Origin: a virus
Taxonomy: Duplodnaviria > Caudoviricetes
Strand: one strand, 5' to 3'
DNA: 62,323 bases
Virus record (IMG/VR): IMGVR_UViG_3300032174_000007
Span: 1-62,323 of that record
The notes below the pieces were generated by a model. The model had not been told where the DNA came from. It ran no database searches and saw only the letters and a program-made list of their open reading frames with translations. Shown piece after piece: positions 28,834-38,032 of the stretch. Both the position numbers and the translations under genes were made by a program. How positions within the stretch are numbered: position 1 is the first letter of the stretch; each line of letters opens with the position of its first letter.

Positions 28834-29739
28834 TCAGCAGCCTGCTATCGCGGCGTCGAAAATGTCGGGATTATCCCGGTTATTGTAGCGGAATTGGAAT
28901 TCCGCGACGTACAGCGGCATGTATTTCTTGCTGACCTTGTGGAAACTCCCGACGATCCCGCGCTTAAAGATAGACCAGAAGCCTTCGATGGTCTGAGTGT
29001 GGACCGCACCGACCACGTATTCACGCGCCGAATGATTGACGGTCTCGTGCGGGAAGTCTTTGAGGGTCTTGTACGCGGGCAATTCGTCGGTCGCCAGCAG
29101 GCTGACCTTGGTCGATACGGCTTCATAAACGAACTGATGCAAAGCCTCTTTGGTGGCGCGCTCAAGCACGCGCGTCACCACGTTGCCCTTGCGGCTGATT
29201 GCGCCAGCAATTGGAACCTTGTTGCCGGAACCGCCGCGCAACCCGCTCTTGCCGCCGTGCTTATTGATGCTCTTGCCGCCGATGTAGGTCTCATCGACCT
29301 CCACGATGCCCATGAGTTTGCAGAATTCCTTGTCCTGCAATGCGGCTCGGATGCGGTGGCACATGTACCAAGCGGTTTTGAGCGAACCGAAGCCCATGTA
29401 GCGGTGGACTTGCCGCGCGCTGATGCCTTTCTTGGCGGTCAGCATGAGATGGATGACGCGGAACCATTGGCGAAGATCAACCTTCGTGTTCTCGAAGATG
29501 GTCCCGACCAGATGCGAGAACCGATAAGCGCCGCCCTCCCGGCAATCCGGGCATTCCCATTTGAATTGCATGGTCTGGAGCGGATAGACGCGCTCGCTTC
29601 CGCAGCGCGGGCAGGTGACACCCTTCGACCAGCGGCGGGCGATCAAGTAGCGGTCGCAAGCCTCTTCATTCGGGAACAGCCGATCGAACTGTCCGACCGT
29701 CATTTGCATGATTTGGGGCGGCTGTTTTGCGCGGGCCAT
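28834..29739 (-). CDS. IS1595-family (ISXO2-like) DDE transposase
   Basis: Zn ribbon CPRC..CPDC, VEVDETYIGG, TDE, HTQTIEGFWS, YVAEFQFRYN. Confidence 0.95.
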   Translation of the reverse strand: MARAKQPPQIMQMTVGQFDRLFPNEEACDRYLIARRWSKGVTCPRCGSERVYPLQTMQFKWECPDCREGGAYRFSHLVGTIFENTKVDLRQWFRVIHLMLTAKKGISARQVHRYMGFGSLKTAWYMCHRIRAALQDKEFCKLMGIVEVDETYIGGKSINKHGGKSGLRGGSGNKVPIAGAISRKGNVVTRVLERATKEALHQFVYEAVSTKVSLLATDELPAYKTLKDFPHETVNHSAREYVVGAVHTQTIEGFWSIFKRGIVGSFHKVSKKYMPLYVAEFQFRYNNRDNPDIFDAAIAGC

Positions 29740-29943
29740 GGGTCTCTCCCTATCGATGAAAGGACCGTAGCACATCGAAATCTATCCGTCAAGAGGGGGT
29801 ACATCGCCACTGCGAAAGCTCGTATTCGCGGCTCGCACAAGTGGGGGAACGGCCGGGCGGGATGACGCGCTATGTGCCGCATGTGATGAGGCCGAGCGCG
29901 TACTGCTCGATCTTCAGTAGAGACGTGACAATAGGAGGGGACA

Positions 29944-30132
29944 ATGCAGCACGCTTGGGTCGAAATCGAGCGGCTGCGGGCGGCGCTCAAGTTCTTGATT
30001 GAGGAAATTATCGATCGAGAGGGGCGCGAGGGGATGACAGATTTTGACTTCGCAGAGCAGGTGATCGCGCTTGCCCGTCAGCAGCGCGAAAGGCTCGATC
30101 TTGAGCAGAGTTCGGGTGATGCGACTGGCTGA
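29944..30132 (+). CDS. Hypothetical protein
   Basis: GGAGG RBS; EIERLRAAL motif. Confidence 0.6.
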   Translation: MQHAWVEIERLRAALKFLIEEIIDREGREGMTDFDFAEQVIALARQQRERLDLEQSSGDATG

Positions 30133-30385
30133 TCAGATTGAAGAGGCGCGCGCTGCGCTGGAGCGATTAGAGCGCCAAGCCGAAGGCGCAACATGCGCTG
30201 AGTTAGGCCACGATTGGCAGTCGCTCGGCGGCTGCAACTGTGGATGTCATCCCGATGCGCAATGCAGCGTGCCGGTCAACGAATGTGCCCGATGCAAAGA
30301 TTGCGATTATGGGGATAACCGCGAGGCCCGAGAGATCAGAGATCGGTGCGAATTGCGCGCTCATGGGCAAGGTCGTGGAAAATGA
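30119..30385 (+). CDS. Cys-rich putative Zn-binding protein
   Basis: C..GHDW..GGCNCGC..CSVPV.EC..C.DCDYG. Confidence 0.65.
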   Translation: MRLADQIEEARAALERLERQAEGATCAELGHDWQSLGGCNCGCHPDAQCSVPVNECARCKDCDYGDNREAREIRDRCELRAHGQGRGK

Positions 30386-30479
30386 GCATTGACCCAGCAA
30401 TCAGGCTGCAACGCACCGAAGAACGGCTCTGCGAATGCGGCGCGTCCGGTGTTCGGGTTTATTTGGCATCACCTTCCTT

Positions 30480-30671
30480 TCAATCGTCACGATATCTCTT
30501 GTGTAGTTCCAATTCATCCAGAATGGCGTTGCGCGCATCTTTTAAGGCGATCTCTCGAATAGCGCAGGCGGCGGCCTCGATCTGTGCTCCGCGCACGCCA
30601 TTGCGATATTGCTGGCGGTGAAAGATGCGCCATTCGTGAACCTCAGAAATCATCCTTTCAAGCTCAGCCAT
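30480..30671 (-). CDS. Hypothetical protein
   Basis: ORF overlapping the upstream gene. Confidence 0.5.
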   Translation of the reverse strand: MAELERMISEVHEWRIFHRQQYRNGVRGAQIEAAACAIREIALKDARNAILDELELHKRYRDD

Positions 30672-30931
30672 TGTTCGCTCTCTTGAGTGCGTAGGCGATT
30701 CACGACCGTAACCACATTGCCGTGCGAGCAGATAAACGTGCAGCAGCCGGTGGGAACCATGACCGTGTTCTTTGACCCGTTTACGAGCTTGCGTAGATGC
30801 TTTGCCTTGGCCCCTTGAAGGCAGGCAAGTATTTCCGCCTTGGCGATTTCCGCAGGGACATCACGAACGCGCTCACGATAGCGGGCGGCGGCGTGGTTGC
30901 TAATCCGATGCTCGTAAAGGGACGATATCAT
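30650..30931 (-). CDS. Small BECR/RelE-fold-like protein
   Basis: ISNHAAARYRERV..VVTV pattern. Confidence 0.5.
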   Translation of the reverse strand: MISSLYEHRISNHAAARYRERVRDVPAEIAKAEILACLQGAKAKHLRKLVNGSKNTVMVPTGCCTFICSHGNVVTVVNRLRTQESEQWLSLKG

Positions 30932-31126
30932 CTAAGTAGTATCAATGCTAAAATTGCGAACGAGAGCAGGTTCACGGTCAAAGCAAAGATGGCGCCGTTT
31001 AGGCCGGGCCAGTTCTTGAACGGAACTTCGTATAGGTGTCTCATTTCCCATCCTCACGATCTTGCCCCTCAACGAATTTTAGAGCATCTACCGCCGTCAT
31101 GTCCCTTGGTATCTCACATAAAATGA

Positions 31127-31152
31127 CGCCCCGTGGCTTCGGCCGCGGGGCG
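31127..31152 (-). terminator. Intrinsic terminator ending the late/lysis operon
   Basis: CGCCCCGCGGC-CGAA-GCCACGGGGCG then TCATTTT on the minus strand. Confidence 0.7.
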
Positions 31153-31210
31153 CTCTTGCCTAACATGCGCGCCAACGGGCAGAGATCATCTGCCCGTTGT
31201 TTTCAGCCCC

Positions 31211-31660
31211 TCAGTCCGTAGATTTGCGTCCGATCGGACGCCCAGCTACATCGGTCGTATGAAGAAACGTTGGCGACGGCTTGCCGTCATCCCCCGCGGA
31301 GGCGATCGGCTCAATCACCTTGTCTTTGACCTGCCCCTCAAGGCTGCGCACCGTTGCCCGGGCGGAACTCATTCGCAGGCAGAAGTCGGACACCTCTTGC
31401 GCCATGTCGCGCGTCGTCTGCCGGTGGCCTTTGGCGGCCGTGCGGAGCTCGTCGGCAACCTCCTTTGCGTCCCCGAGGATCTTGCCGGCAAGCTGGCTTG
31501 CGGCTACCTCGATGGCCTCGGCGGCCTTCTCGAGCTGGAGGGCGGTCGCATCCCCGATCTGGTCGATGGCCTGCACGGTGACCTCGGAGATATGGAGCGA
31601 TGCTGCCCCGGGCGCGTAGTCGCTAACCTGGGGCGGCGTCAGGCGGGTGACGGCGCTCAT
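31211..31660 (-). CDS. Coiled-coil hypothetical protein
   Basis: 149-aa helical ORF following the porin. Confidence 0.6.
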   Translation of the reverse strand: MSAVTRLTPPQVSDYAPGAASLHISEVTVQAIDQIGDATALQLEKAAEAIEVAASQLAGKILGDAKEVADELRTAAKGHRQTTRDMAQEVSDFCLRMSSARATVRSLEGQVKDKVIEPIASAGDDGKPSPTFLHTTDVAGRPIGRKSTD

Positions 31661-31661
31661 G

Positions 31662-32405
31662 CTAGAACATCTTCAGGAAGGCAAAGCCGACCCGCTGCTC
31701 GGGCGTGGTCGAGATGACGGCCGCCGGGAGCGGAGCAACGATCGGCACCATCGCGCTCTGCGTGCTCTGCCAGTTGATGTGATGGTAGTAGATATCAAGG
31801 TTCCACCCTTGCGCCAGGATGAACTCGGTACCGGCCCCGACCGTCCAGCCTTGGTTGCCAAGCTTGAACGATTCGCCTACCGCAAGATAGGGCGACATCA
31901 GGGCTGCACCTGGGATGATTGCCAGATTGATGCCCTGTGATGGCGTTCCGGGTCCAGCCGTGCCCGGTTGCCCGATGCCGAGCAGATTGCCCATACCCAC
32001 GCCAGCCTTGACAATCACGCTCGCATCCCAATTCTTGCCGATGCCGACCTGAGCACCCAGGCCGTTGTTGGTCATGTTGGTTCCGAAATTACCCTCGCCC
32101 GCGAGGAAAAAGGAGCCGTTCCAGAACTGGTAGCCGCCCGTGAGCCCGATAATCCCGCCGCCGGCAAAGACGTTGTTGTTGATGCCGGAGGCTAGGATAT
32201 CGACGTTGGAGCCGAGGCCCTGCACGTTAAATCCGGCATAGAAGCCCGAGCAGGACGGCGCTATGCCGGGCGTGGTCGGGGTCATGATCACGCCCGCGGT
32301 GCAGACCGGCGGCACGTAAGGGTCCGCCTTGCGCAAGACCTTCAGGTCGGCGGCATGCGCCGTGGCGGCAAGCAGCAAGGCTGCCAGCGTTGCAAAAGCT
32401 TTCAT
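31662..32405 (-). CDS. Omp25/RopB-like outer-membrane beta-barrel
   Basis: Signal peptide AHA|ADL, SGFYAGFN, GGYQFW, GWTVGAGTEF, C-terminal Phe. Confidence 0.8.
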   Translation of the reverse strand: MKAFATLAALLLAATAHAADLKVLRKADPYVPPVCTAGVIMTPTTPGIAPSCSGFYAGFNVQGLGSNVDILASGINNNVFAGGGIIGLTGGYQFWNGSFFLAGEGNFGTNMTNNGLGAQVGIGKNWDASVIVKAGVGMGNLLGIGQPGTAGPGTPSQGINLAIIPGAALMSPYLAVGESFKLGNQGWTVGAGTEFILAQGWNLDIYYHHINWQSTQSAMVPIVAPLPAAVISTTPEQRVGFAFLKMF

Positions 32406-32486
32406 GTTCGGTTCTCCCATCCGCCCAGAATTGGACGCGAAATACGCTTACACTGGAAAGGTGTGCTTTGCGTGCAACAGTCAAAG

Positions 32487-32900
32487 TTAATTTGACTTTG
32501 GCACCGCGGCACTCCGCCCCACGCCAGCCACTGGGGCCGGTATCTCAGCCACCGTCGCCACCACTTTGTCGCTCTCGGTGTTCTTGGCAACGATCGGCGT
32601 GGCAACGATCCCTTTCACCTCCGGCATGTCGGCAACCGAGCTGATCAGCGTGTTGCGCGCCTCGGGGTCGGCCTTCACGGCGTCGATCTTGGCTTGCGGG
32701 CTGGCATTGTGCAGCGCGAGCGCCGTGGTCAGGTAGCCCGAACCGATGACGTTGAGGATCCCGGCCCAGGCGGTGACGTAGGGGATAGCCCCGTCCGGGA
32801 TCGCGTTGGTAAGATGGATGGTTCCGGTCGAGATGGCGCTGGCGATGAAGATCACGAGGCCGATCCAGAAATGGACGGAGAGGTCGAGGTTGATTTTCAT
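32487..32900 (-). CDS. Putative holin (2 TM)
   Basis: Two hydrophobic segments; lysis-module position. Confidence 0.55.
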   Translation of the reverse strand: MKINLDLSVHFWIGLVIFIASAISTGTIHLTNAIPDGAIPYVTAWAGILNVIGSGYLTTALALHNASPQAKIDAVKADPEARNTLISSVADMPEVKGIVATPIVAKNTESDKVVATVAEIPAPVAGVGRSAAVPKSN

Positions 32901-32901
32901 G

Positions 32902-33099
32902 TCACACTCCCGCGCCAGGATTGACGACGACAGGTCCTTTACCGATGCGGGCTTCGATGGCGTTGAGTCGCGCGTTGGTTTGCTTGCGCCAATCCGCGAG
33001 CGCGGCAAATCCGGCCTGCATGTCCTCCCAATCATTGCCGAGGGCGAACGGGCCGGAGGCGTTGGCGATGTCTTGGGCGAGCTTGTCGAAGGCGTCCAT
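32902..33099 (-). CDS. Small hypothetical protein
   Basis: AGGAG RBS; coiled-coil tail. Confidence 0.55.
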   Translation of the reverse strand: MDAFDKLAQDIANASGPFALGNDWEDMQAGFAALADWRKQTNARLNAIEARIGKGPVVVNPGAGV

Positions 33100-33314
33100 G
33101 GTGGTCTCCTATGGTGAGGTTGAATCTCTTATCCACCGAAACGGCGGCGAGTGATAGGGGCGGCAGAACCACCAGCCACAGGTGAAATCCCAACCCAATA
33201 GCCACACCAGGATCGGAATTCCGTTGTCTGTGCGTTCGGCCGATATGTACCACGAGGAACGCCAGCCGCTCAATTCCAAGCGGTCGGTCCAGCGCGTCTC
33301 CGGCATGACAACGC

Positions 33315-34220
33315 TCATTTTCCGAACGGATCGTCGCTGGTGATTCCATTCGGCAACTGCTTGACCGCCGCCTCGAAGGTCGCCCATGCATTGGTCTGTT
33401 GGCCTAGGCCGAGCTTGGCGTAGAGTTGCGCCAAGGTGCCGCTATCTCCCAAGGCAACCATCGCCTGCGCGATCTTCGCCAGCGGTGCCCCGCACGAGAT
33501 GAGAAACGAGATGAAGGCCATCCCGCAGCCGATGCTCTTGTAGTCCTGGTCGGTAGTCTCGGTGCGGTCCACCCAATTCGGCATTCCGGCTTTTGCCCAT
33601 GTCGGCGCGGAGGCAAAATCTGAAAGCGCATTGTTGCTCGCAACGGCGGCACACCAGCGCGACAGTGCCTCACCAGTCGAGAGACCGCAGAGTTGCGCAT
33701 TCATGGCACATTCCGACAGCTCGGCCTCGAACAGTGCCGAGCAACGGGCGGAGCTGCCAAATGCCGCGCAGACCTCAATGTTGCCGCCGTTCTTGTAGTC
33801 GCAGGCCATATGGTCCGCGCCGCCGGTTCCATCGGTTGCTCCGCCGAGCGCAAACACGATCACATTGGTTGGCGCGCCGGTCGTTCCGAATAGTTGATTG
33901 TTGAGCGCAACGATCCGATCGGCATCCGCCAGGAGGTCCTTGGCGTTCTGCAAACCCTCCGATCCTAACGAAGGGTCGTTGTAGACGCTAACTTTCCCCA
34001 CGGGCGACACCCCGAGCAGATTGGCGGTTCCGGTGTAGCTCGGCCAGTTGATTTTGGTCGGAGGAGGCGGCGCCGGCTGACGCAGAATAGCGACATCGGC
34101 CCTGATCTTGTTGGCGGCTGCCTGCAGCGTGTTGGCTTGCGACAACAGATCGGCCAATGCCGCGTTGGTGGACGGGGTAGCCGCGTCGAGGTGCTTGGGA
34201 TGGAAAAGCGGATGGCTCAT
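33315..34220 (-). CDS. Cys-rich protein, possibly zincin-like fold
   Basis: GGADH..AELSE..GEALSR; next to endolysin. Confidence 0.55.
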   Translation of the reverse strand: MSHPLFHPKHLDAATPSTNAALADLLSQANTLQAAANKIRADVAILRQPAPPPPTKINWPSYTGTANLLGVSPVGKVSVYNDPSLGSEGLQNAKDLLADADRIVALNNQLFGTTGAPTNVIVFALGGATDGTGGADHMACDYKNGGNIEVCAAFGSSARCSALFEAELSECAMNAQLCGLSTGEALSRWCAAVASNNALSDFASAPTWAKAGMPNWVDRTETTDQDYKSIGCGMAFISFLISCGAPLAKIAQAMVALGDSGTLAQLYAKLGLGQQTNAWATFEAAVKQLPNGITSDDPFGK

Positions 34221-34238
34221 TTGGTTTCCTTTTGATTT

Positions 34239-34907
34239 TCACACGTCAGCCGACGGGATCGCCGGTAGCGCCCATGTGGCGCGCAATTGCTCTGCGGTGC
34301 CATTGAATAGCGAGAGGTCGGCGCCGCTCTCAAGCCCATCAAGCGTATGCGGCAACGGGCCGATGTCGTCGCCGGTATACTGCCACAGGAACGGCTTGGG
34401 CCACGGTAACGTCTCGCCGTTCGCATCAATATTTCGCCAACGGGGACCATATTCACAACCCCAGAGTGGGTGGGCAGCAAGGAATTCCCGCACGGCCGCA
34501 CTCGCCTGTGGCGCCAGCGACTTGATCACGTCGCCCGAATAGAGCCCACAGCGTCGCCCGATCGCCTGGTCAACGCGATCGAGAAACTCGATCACCATTC
34601 CGAGCGTCATCTGGCCGGTGCCCCCGGGATTGCGCTCCAAGTCGAGCCAACAACTCGTTTGCGGCTCGGGTGACACGAAGGAGAGGAAGCGGGTGGCCTG
34701 TGTGGCTACCTTCTCGCCGGTGTTGAATGCGTAGGCGCCCCATTTGAGACCGACGCCGAGCGCAAGATCGCGCCGCTGGTGGTAGAGCGGATCGGTCTGC
34801 TCGTTGCTACGGGTGGCACGATGGATGACGCCCACGCATTCGGTGTGGGCGAGCTTCCCGAAATCGACCGGATTCTGCGATCCCATGTCGGCGACGTAGA
34901 CGGTCAT
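34239..34907 (-). CDS. GH25 muramidase endolysin
   Basis: GVIHRAT, WGAYAF, WLDLE, LWQYTGD, DLS.F.G. Confidence 0.85.
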   Translation of the reverse strand: MTVYVADMGSQNPVDFGKLAHTECVGVIHRATRSNEQTDPLYHQRRDLALGVGLKWGAYAFNTGEKVATQATRFLSFVSPEPQTSCWLDLERNPGGTGQMTLGMVIEFLDRVDQAIGRRCGLYSGDVIKSLAPQASAAVREFLAAHPLWGCEYGPRWRNIDANGETLPWPKPFLWQYTGDDIGPLPHTLDGLESGADLSLFNGTAEQLRATWALPAIPSADV

Positions 34908-35599
34908 CTTGCTACCCTCGGCATGTCGTCGCTAGTCTCCGGGTGCGGCTGTATCACCATGAATTTCAACTCCGGCAGCGCAATCTCTATAGGCCATAGG
35001 CCATAGAATGGAAAACACTCGAATTGCAGATAGGCCCGATAGGTGGCTTCCCCCCACGGCATCCCGAAGGGGATCTGCCACTCGCGTCCGATATCGGTGA
35101 TCTCCGGACGCGGCGCCCCTAGATCGATCGATTTCATGGCGTGATGGTAACCAGCCGGCGCCAGCGCATCGATGATGTCTGCCGATATCTTGACATCCGT
35201 GCAATCCGAGCGCTGCCACTTGACACGGCGGTGCAGGCTGAATGTGCCGCCGGGCGCAACCTCGGGCGTGGCAACGATGCTGTCCAGCACCTTGACGGGG
35301 GCTACCCGTCCAAAAATCGCGGTAACGACTGCAAACGCTGCGACCAATGCGACCGCAGCCGGGCCATGTAATATTCGCAGGCCAGCAGCTAGTGTCTCTC
35401 TAACCGTGCCACCAAGCCTTGAGAATGCTGGAGAGTGCTGCCGCGACCGGGACAGCGCTGACGACCCATTTGACATAGCGGATCGCGCTTTGGCGGCTGG
35501 CATGCCTCCTCCTGTCGATCTCGCTCCCGTACCGCCACTGCTGGATTTCCTGAGCTGTGGTCTTGCGGCGGCGAGGCATCTTCGCGACTTCTTCGTCAT
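34904..35599 (-). CDS. Membrane-anchored lysis-region protein (true start unclear, probably near 35400)
   Basis: TM segment followed by beta domain with 2 Cys. Confidence 0.5.
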   Translation of the reverse strand: MTKKSRRCLAAARPQLRKSSSGGTGARSTGGGMPAAKARSAMSNGSSALSRSRQHSPAFSRLGGTVRETLAAGLRILHGPAAVALVAAFAVVTAIFGRVAPVKVLDSIVATPEVAPGGTFSLHRRVKWQRSDCTDVKISADIIDALAPAGYHHAMKSIDLGAPRPEITDIGREWQIPFGMPWGEATYRAYLQFECFPFYGLWPIEIALPELKFMVIQPHPETSDDMPRVAR

Positions 35600-35678
35600 A
35601 GTCCCTCATGCTGATCGTCATCCCGCAGATAGGCAACTTTTCTATCCCCACGCCGAGAAGCCAGCTGGAATGCTGCAA
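35400..35678 (-). CDS. Small protein with C-terminal TM helix (holin/antiholin-like)
   Basis: YVKWVVSAVPVAAALSSILKAWW. Confidence 0.5.
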   Translation of the reverse strand: MQHSSWLLGVGIEKLPICGMTISMRDYDEEVAKMPRRRKTTAQEIQQWRYGSEIDRRRHASRQSAIRYVKWVVSAVPVAAALSSILKAWWHG

Positions 35679-36316
35679 TTGAACGGGCTCGCGCCGACAT
35701 TCAATGTACTGTTCCCGCCGCTGGAATCAAACAGTGTATACGGGAAAGCCGGATTGCCGGCAAACACTGCCGAGATGTCGATGCCGCCGACGCCGGTTGC
35801 GGGATTTGCAGCACCGCTGTTGTTCCATATTCCGCAGTTGAGGCTGTACCACGCGAGATTGGCGGTCAGGTCAACGGCAAAGTCTGCTGGTTTTGCGCTC
35901 GAAAAGCTTTGGCAGGAGATCGGAAATGTATTGTGATACCAGAGCGAGCCTGATCGATTAGGCAGGCATCCGAAGGCAGCGGTAGTATTGGCGGCCGTAA
36001 GCACCTGTGCAGCTGTTGCAAATCCGATGTATGTGTTGGCTCCGAAATCCGCATTCTTGGCGATTTCGAAAATCCATTTGCCCGAGCTGTGCGATTTGGT
36101 CCCGCGCACGCCGGCCGTCGCGCTGGTCGGATCGGTGGCGATGAGATTGCCGCCCGACAACGTGACTGCTGCCGCCTTGTCGGTCGGGCTCCAGGTCGAG
36201 AAGGTTGCTCCCGCTGGCAGCATCCATGAAGTGAACAGAAATCCTTGCGCGAGCACCGAATAGGAGACGCAGGCGAGACCAATCGCCAGCAGCGCTCGCC
36301 TGACGAAAGGCATCAT
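35642..36316 (-). CDS. Signal-peptide SPRY/ConA-like beta-sandwich protein
   Basis: MMPFVRRALLAIGLACVSYSVLA|Q; TWSPTDK..TLSGGNL..SGKWIFE..PAGFSAW. Confidence 0.7.
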   Translation of the reverse strand: MMPFVRRALLAIGLACVSYSVLAQGFLFTSWMLPAGATFSTWSPTDKAAAVTLSGGNLIATDPTSATAGVRGTKSHSSGKWIFEIAKNADFGANTYIGFATAAQVLTAANTTAAFGCLPNRSGSLWYHNTFPISCQSFSSAKPADFAVDLTANLAWYSLNCGIWNNSGAANPATGVGGIDISAVFAGNPAFPYTLFDSSGGNSTLNVGASPFNCSIPAGFSAWG

Positions 36317-36993
36317 TGCAGCGCCTTCACCAGATAGGTCGAGACGGTGTTGATCCTGGTGATCTGCAGGAGGAAAACGTGGCCGTTGGTGGTATCGAAG
36401 GCATCCCCGGTGTTCGAGCCGACGGTGAAGCCTGTGAGTGTGAGCGTGCCGGCGCTGCCGTTGTTGGTCACCAGGATGAGGCACGAGGCGCTACTGGCGG
36501 GCGCGGTCAGGGTCGCGTTGCCGCCGTTGGTGTAACTCTCGAGCGGTCCCAAGCCGCAATCGATCGTGAAGCTGCCGGCCCCGGCCACGGGCGGGGTGAC
36601 GTTGGCCCCGCCGGAGAGCGTCTGGTCGGCGGCGGTCAGGCTCGCGAGCGCCGCGTTGCAGCCGATGGTGCCGGGCACATAGGCGAGCGCAGAGTTGGCC
36701 CCGGTGCAGGTCGGGATCGGGAGGCCGACGGCGGTGTTGAGATTGTTGCCCACCCAGGTCGTGTTGTTCAGGAGCGGAGGCAGGCCACCGGGACCGAGGA
36801 TAGCCTGCTGCACGAAGGCCGTCGAGGCGCAACGATTATCGCTAGTGCCGGGCGGAGCGGTCGGGCAGATGGTGTTCTGCGCCCAGGCGGGGAGGATAAC
36901 CGGCCGCACCGGCCCCGGCGAGCCCACGAAGAGCAACGCTAGCAGCCAGAGTATGAGGCCGGCGCCAAAGATGATATTTCGGAGTCTGACCAT
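36313..36993 (-). CDS. Signal-peptide tail-fibre-like protein
   Basis: Hydrophobic leader AWA|Q; PTAPPGTSD..ASTAFVQ fibre motif; 6 Cys. Confidence 0.7.
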   Translation of the reverse strand: MVRLRNIIFGAGLILWLLALLFVGSPGPVRPVILPAWAQNTICPTAPPGTSDNRCASTAFVQQAILGPGGLPPLLNNTTWVGNNLNTAVGLPIPTCTGANSALAYVPGTIGCNAALASLTAADQTLSGGANVTPPVAGAGSFTIDCGLGPLESYTNGGNATLTAPASSASCLILVTNNGSAGTLTLTGFTVGSNTGDAFDTTNGHVFLLQITRINTVSTYLVKALQ

Positions 36994-37006
36994 CCGAGCG
37001 GCTCCA

Positions 37007-37120
37007 AGATTTGGATCAAGGCTTTGCTTGCGGTTGCCTCAACTCGGAACGGTCACCAAGCGCCCCGGATGAGGGCCTCTGATCACCAGTCGGGTTCCCG
37101 AGCGGAACTTGTCCCATCAA
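37007..37120 (-). mobile_element. Minimal (empty) L/R cassette
   Basis: Encodes MGQVPLGNPTGDQRPSSGALGDRSELRQPQAKP (37016..37117). Confidence 0.88.
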
Positions 37121-37122
37121 TT

Positions 37123-38028
37123 CTACCATCCGAGTGGCTCCATCGGCATCGGATCAGGTGAGAACACGCCTCCGGAGCCATGTCCCAGAACCGGGTTGCT
37201 GGTCACGGTGAAGATCGTGCTCGAGTTGGGCGCGCTGTTGGCATAAAGGCCGGTCGCGGCGTTCATGATCGTGTTGCGGTGGATCGTGAAGGTCACTGCC
37301 TCACCGGTCAGACCATAGAAGCCAGCCGTTGCCACAATGCCCTTGTTGTGCAGCGCGGTAAGGTTTGCCGCATTGCCGGTCAGGCCATACGCACCTTGCA
37401 CCGCAGCCAATGCCGGCCGTTGCAGGTTGGCGAGCTCGCCGGTGAGGCCGTACACGCCGGGCGCAGCCGAGAGCACCGGGCGCTTGACCCACTGTAACCC
37501 CGCCGCTTGGCCAGCCAGGGCATAACTGCCGGCTACCGGGGAAGTCTGCCGGGCGCGGTTGACGACGATGCTCTGTCCGGTGAGGCCATAGGCCCCGGCC
37601 GGAACCGGGAGGTTGTACTTGACAACGACCGACAGACCCACGGCTTTGCCAGCGAGCGCGTACGATCCCTGCGCCATTAGGGGCGCGCGGGTGGCCGTGA
37701 TCGGCTTGCCTATCAGGGCGTAGGCGCCGGTGACGGTCGCAATGCCTTTGCGCAGCACGCTCAGGCCGACGGCCTTCCCGGTCAGGGAATAGGCACCCTG
37801 CGCCATCAACGGGGTCCGGGTGGCCGTGATCGGCTTGCCGGTGAGTGCGTAGGCACCGGTCGCGGTGATCAGCGGAGTCCGGATGACCTGCATCCCGTTG
37901 GCAAAACCGGTGAGGCTGATCGAACCTTGGGCGGCGGCAAGGTTGCGCAGCGCTGCCGGAATCGCAGCTTCGCCCAGGAGGGCGTAGCTCCCGGCCGGAA
38001 CCTTCAGCGTAATGTGCCTGCGCGGCAT
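37123..38028 (-). CDS. Repeat protein with ~11 G(A/S)Y(A/G)L(T/A)G units
   Basis: ~20-24-aa periodic repeats; DNA repeat with 129-nt offset (37691/37820). Confidence 0.7.
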   Translation of the reverse strand: MPRRHITLKVPAGSYALLGEAAIPAALRNLAAAQGSISLTGFANGMQVIRTPLITATGAYALTGKPITATRTPLMAQGAYSLTGKAVGLSVLRKGIATVTGAYALIGKPITATRAPLMAQGSYALAGKAVGLSVVVKYNLPVPAGAYGLTGQSIVVNRARQTSPVAGSYALAGQAAGLQWVKRPVLSAAPGVYGLTGELANLQRPALAAVQGAYGLTGNAANLTALHNKGIVATAGFYGLTGEAVTFTIHRNTIMNAATGLYANSAPNSSTIFTVTSNPVLGHGSGGVFSPDPMPMEPLGW

Positions 38029-38032
38029 GGAT

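Larger units (their letters stand above)
27907..29808 (-). mobile_element. IS1595-family transporter IS
   Basis: 26-bp IRs (22/26 match, GGCGATGTACC..TTGACGGATA); 8-bp TSD ACTGCGAA at 27899-27906 and 29809-29816. Confidence 0.95.
27771..29920 (+). pseudogene. 79-aa gene interrupted by the IS1595 element
   Basis: Removing the IS and one TSD restores MTPDEHIAYW..NALRKLVFAARTSGGTAGRDDALCAACDEAERVLLDLQ*. Confidence 0.75.

Noticed and set aside
27907-29808. IS1595 transposase as the mobiliser of the L/R cassettes
   Set aside because: The IR sequences are unrelated and the cassettes lack consistent 8-bp TSDs.
28756-29865. 369-aa plus-strand ORF
   Set aside because: Antisense shadow of the transposase.
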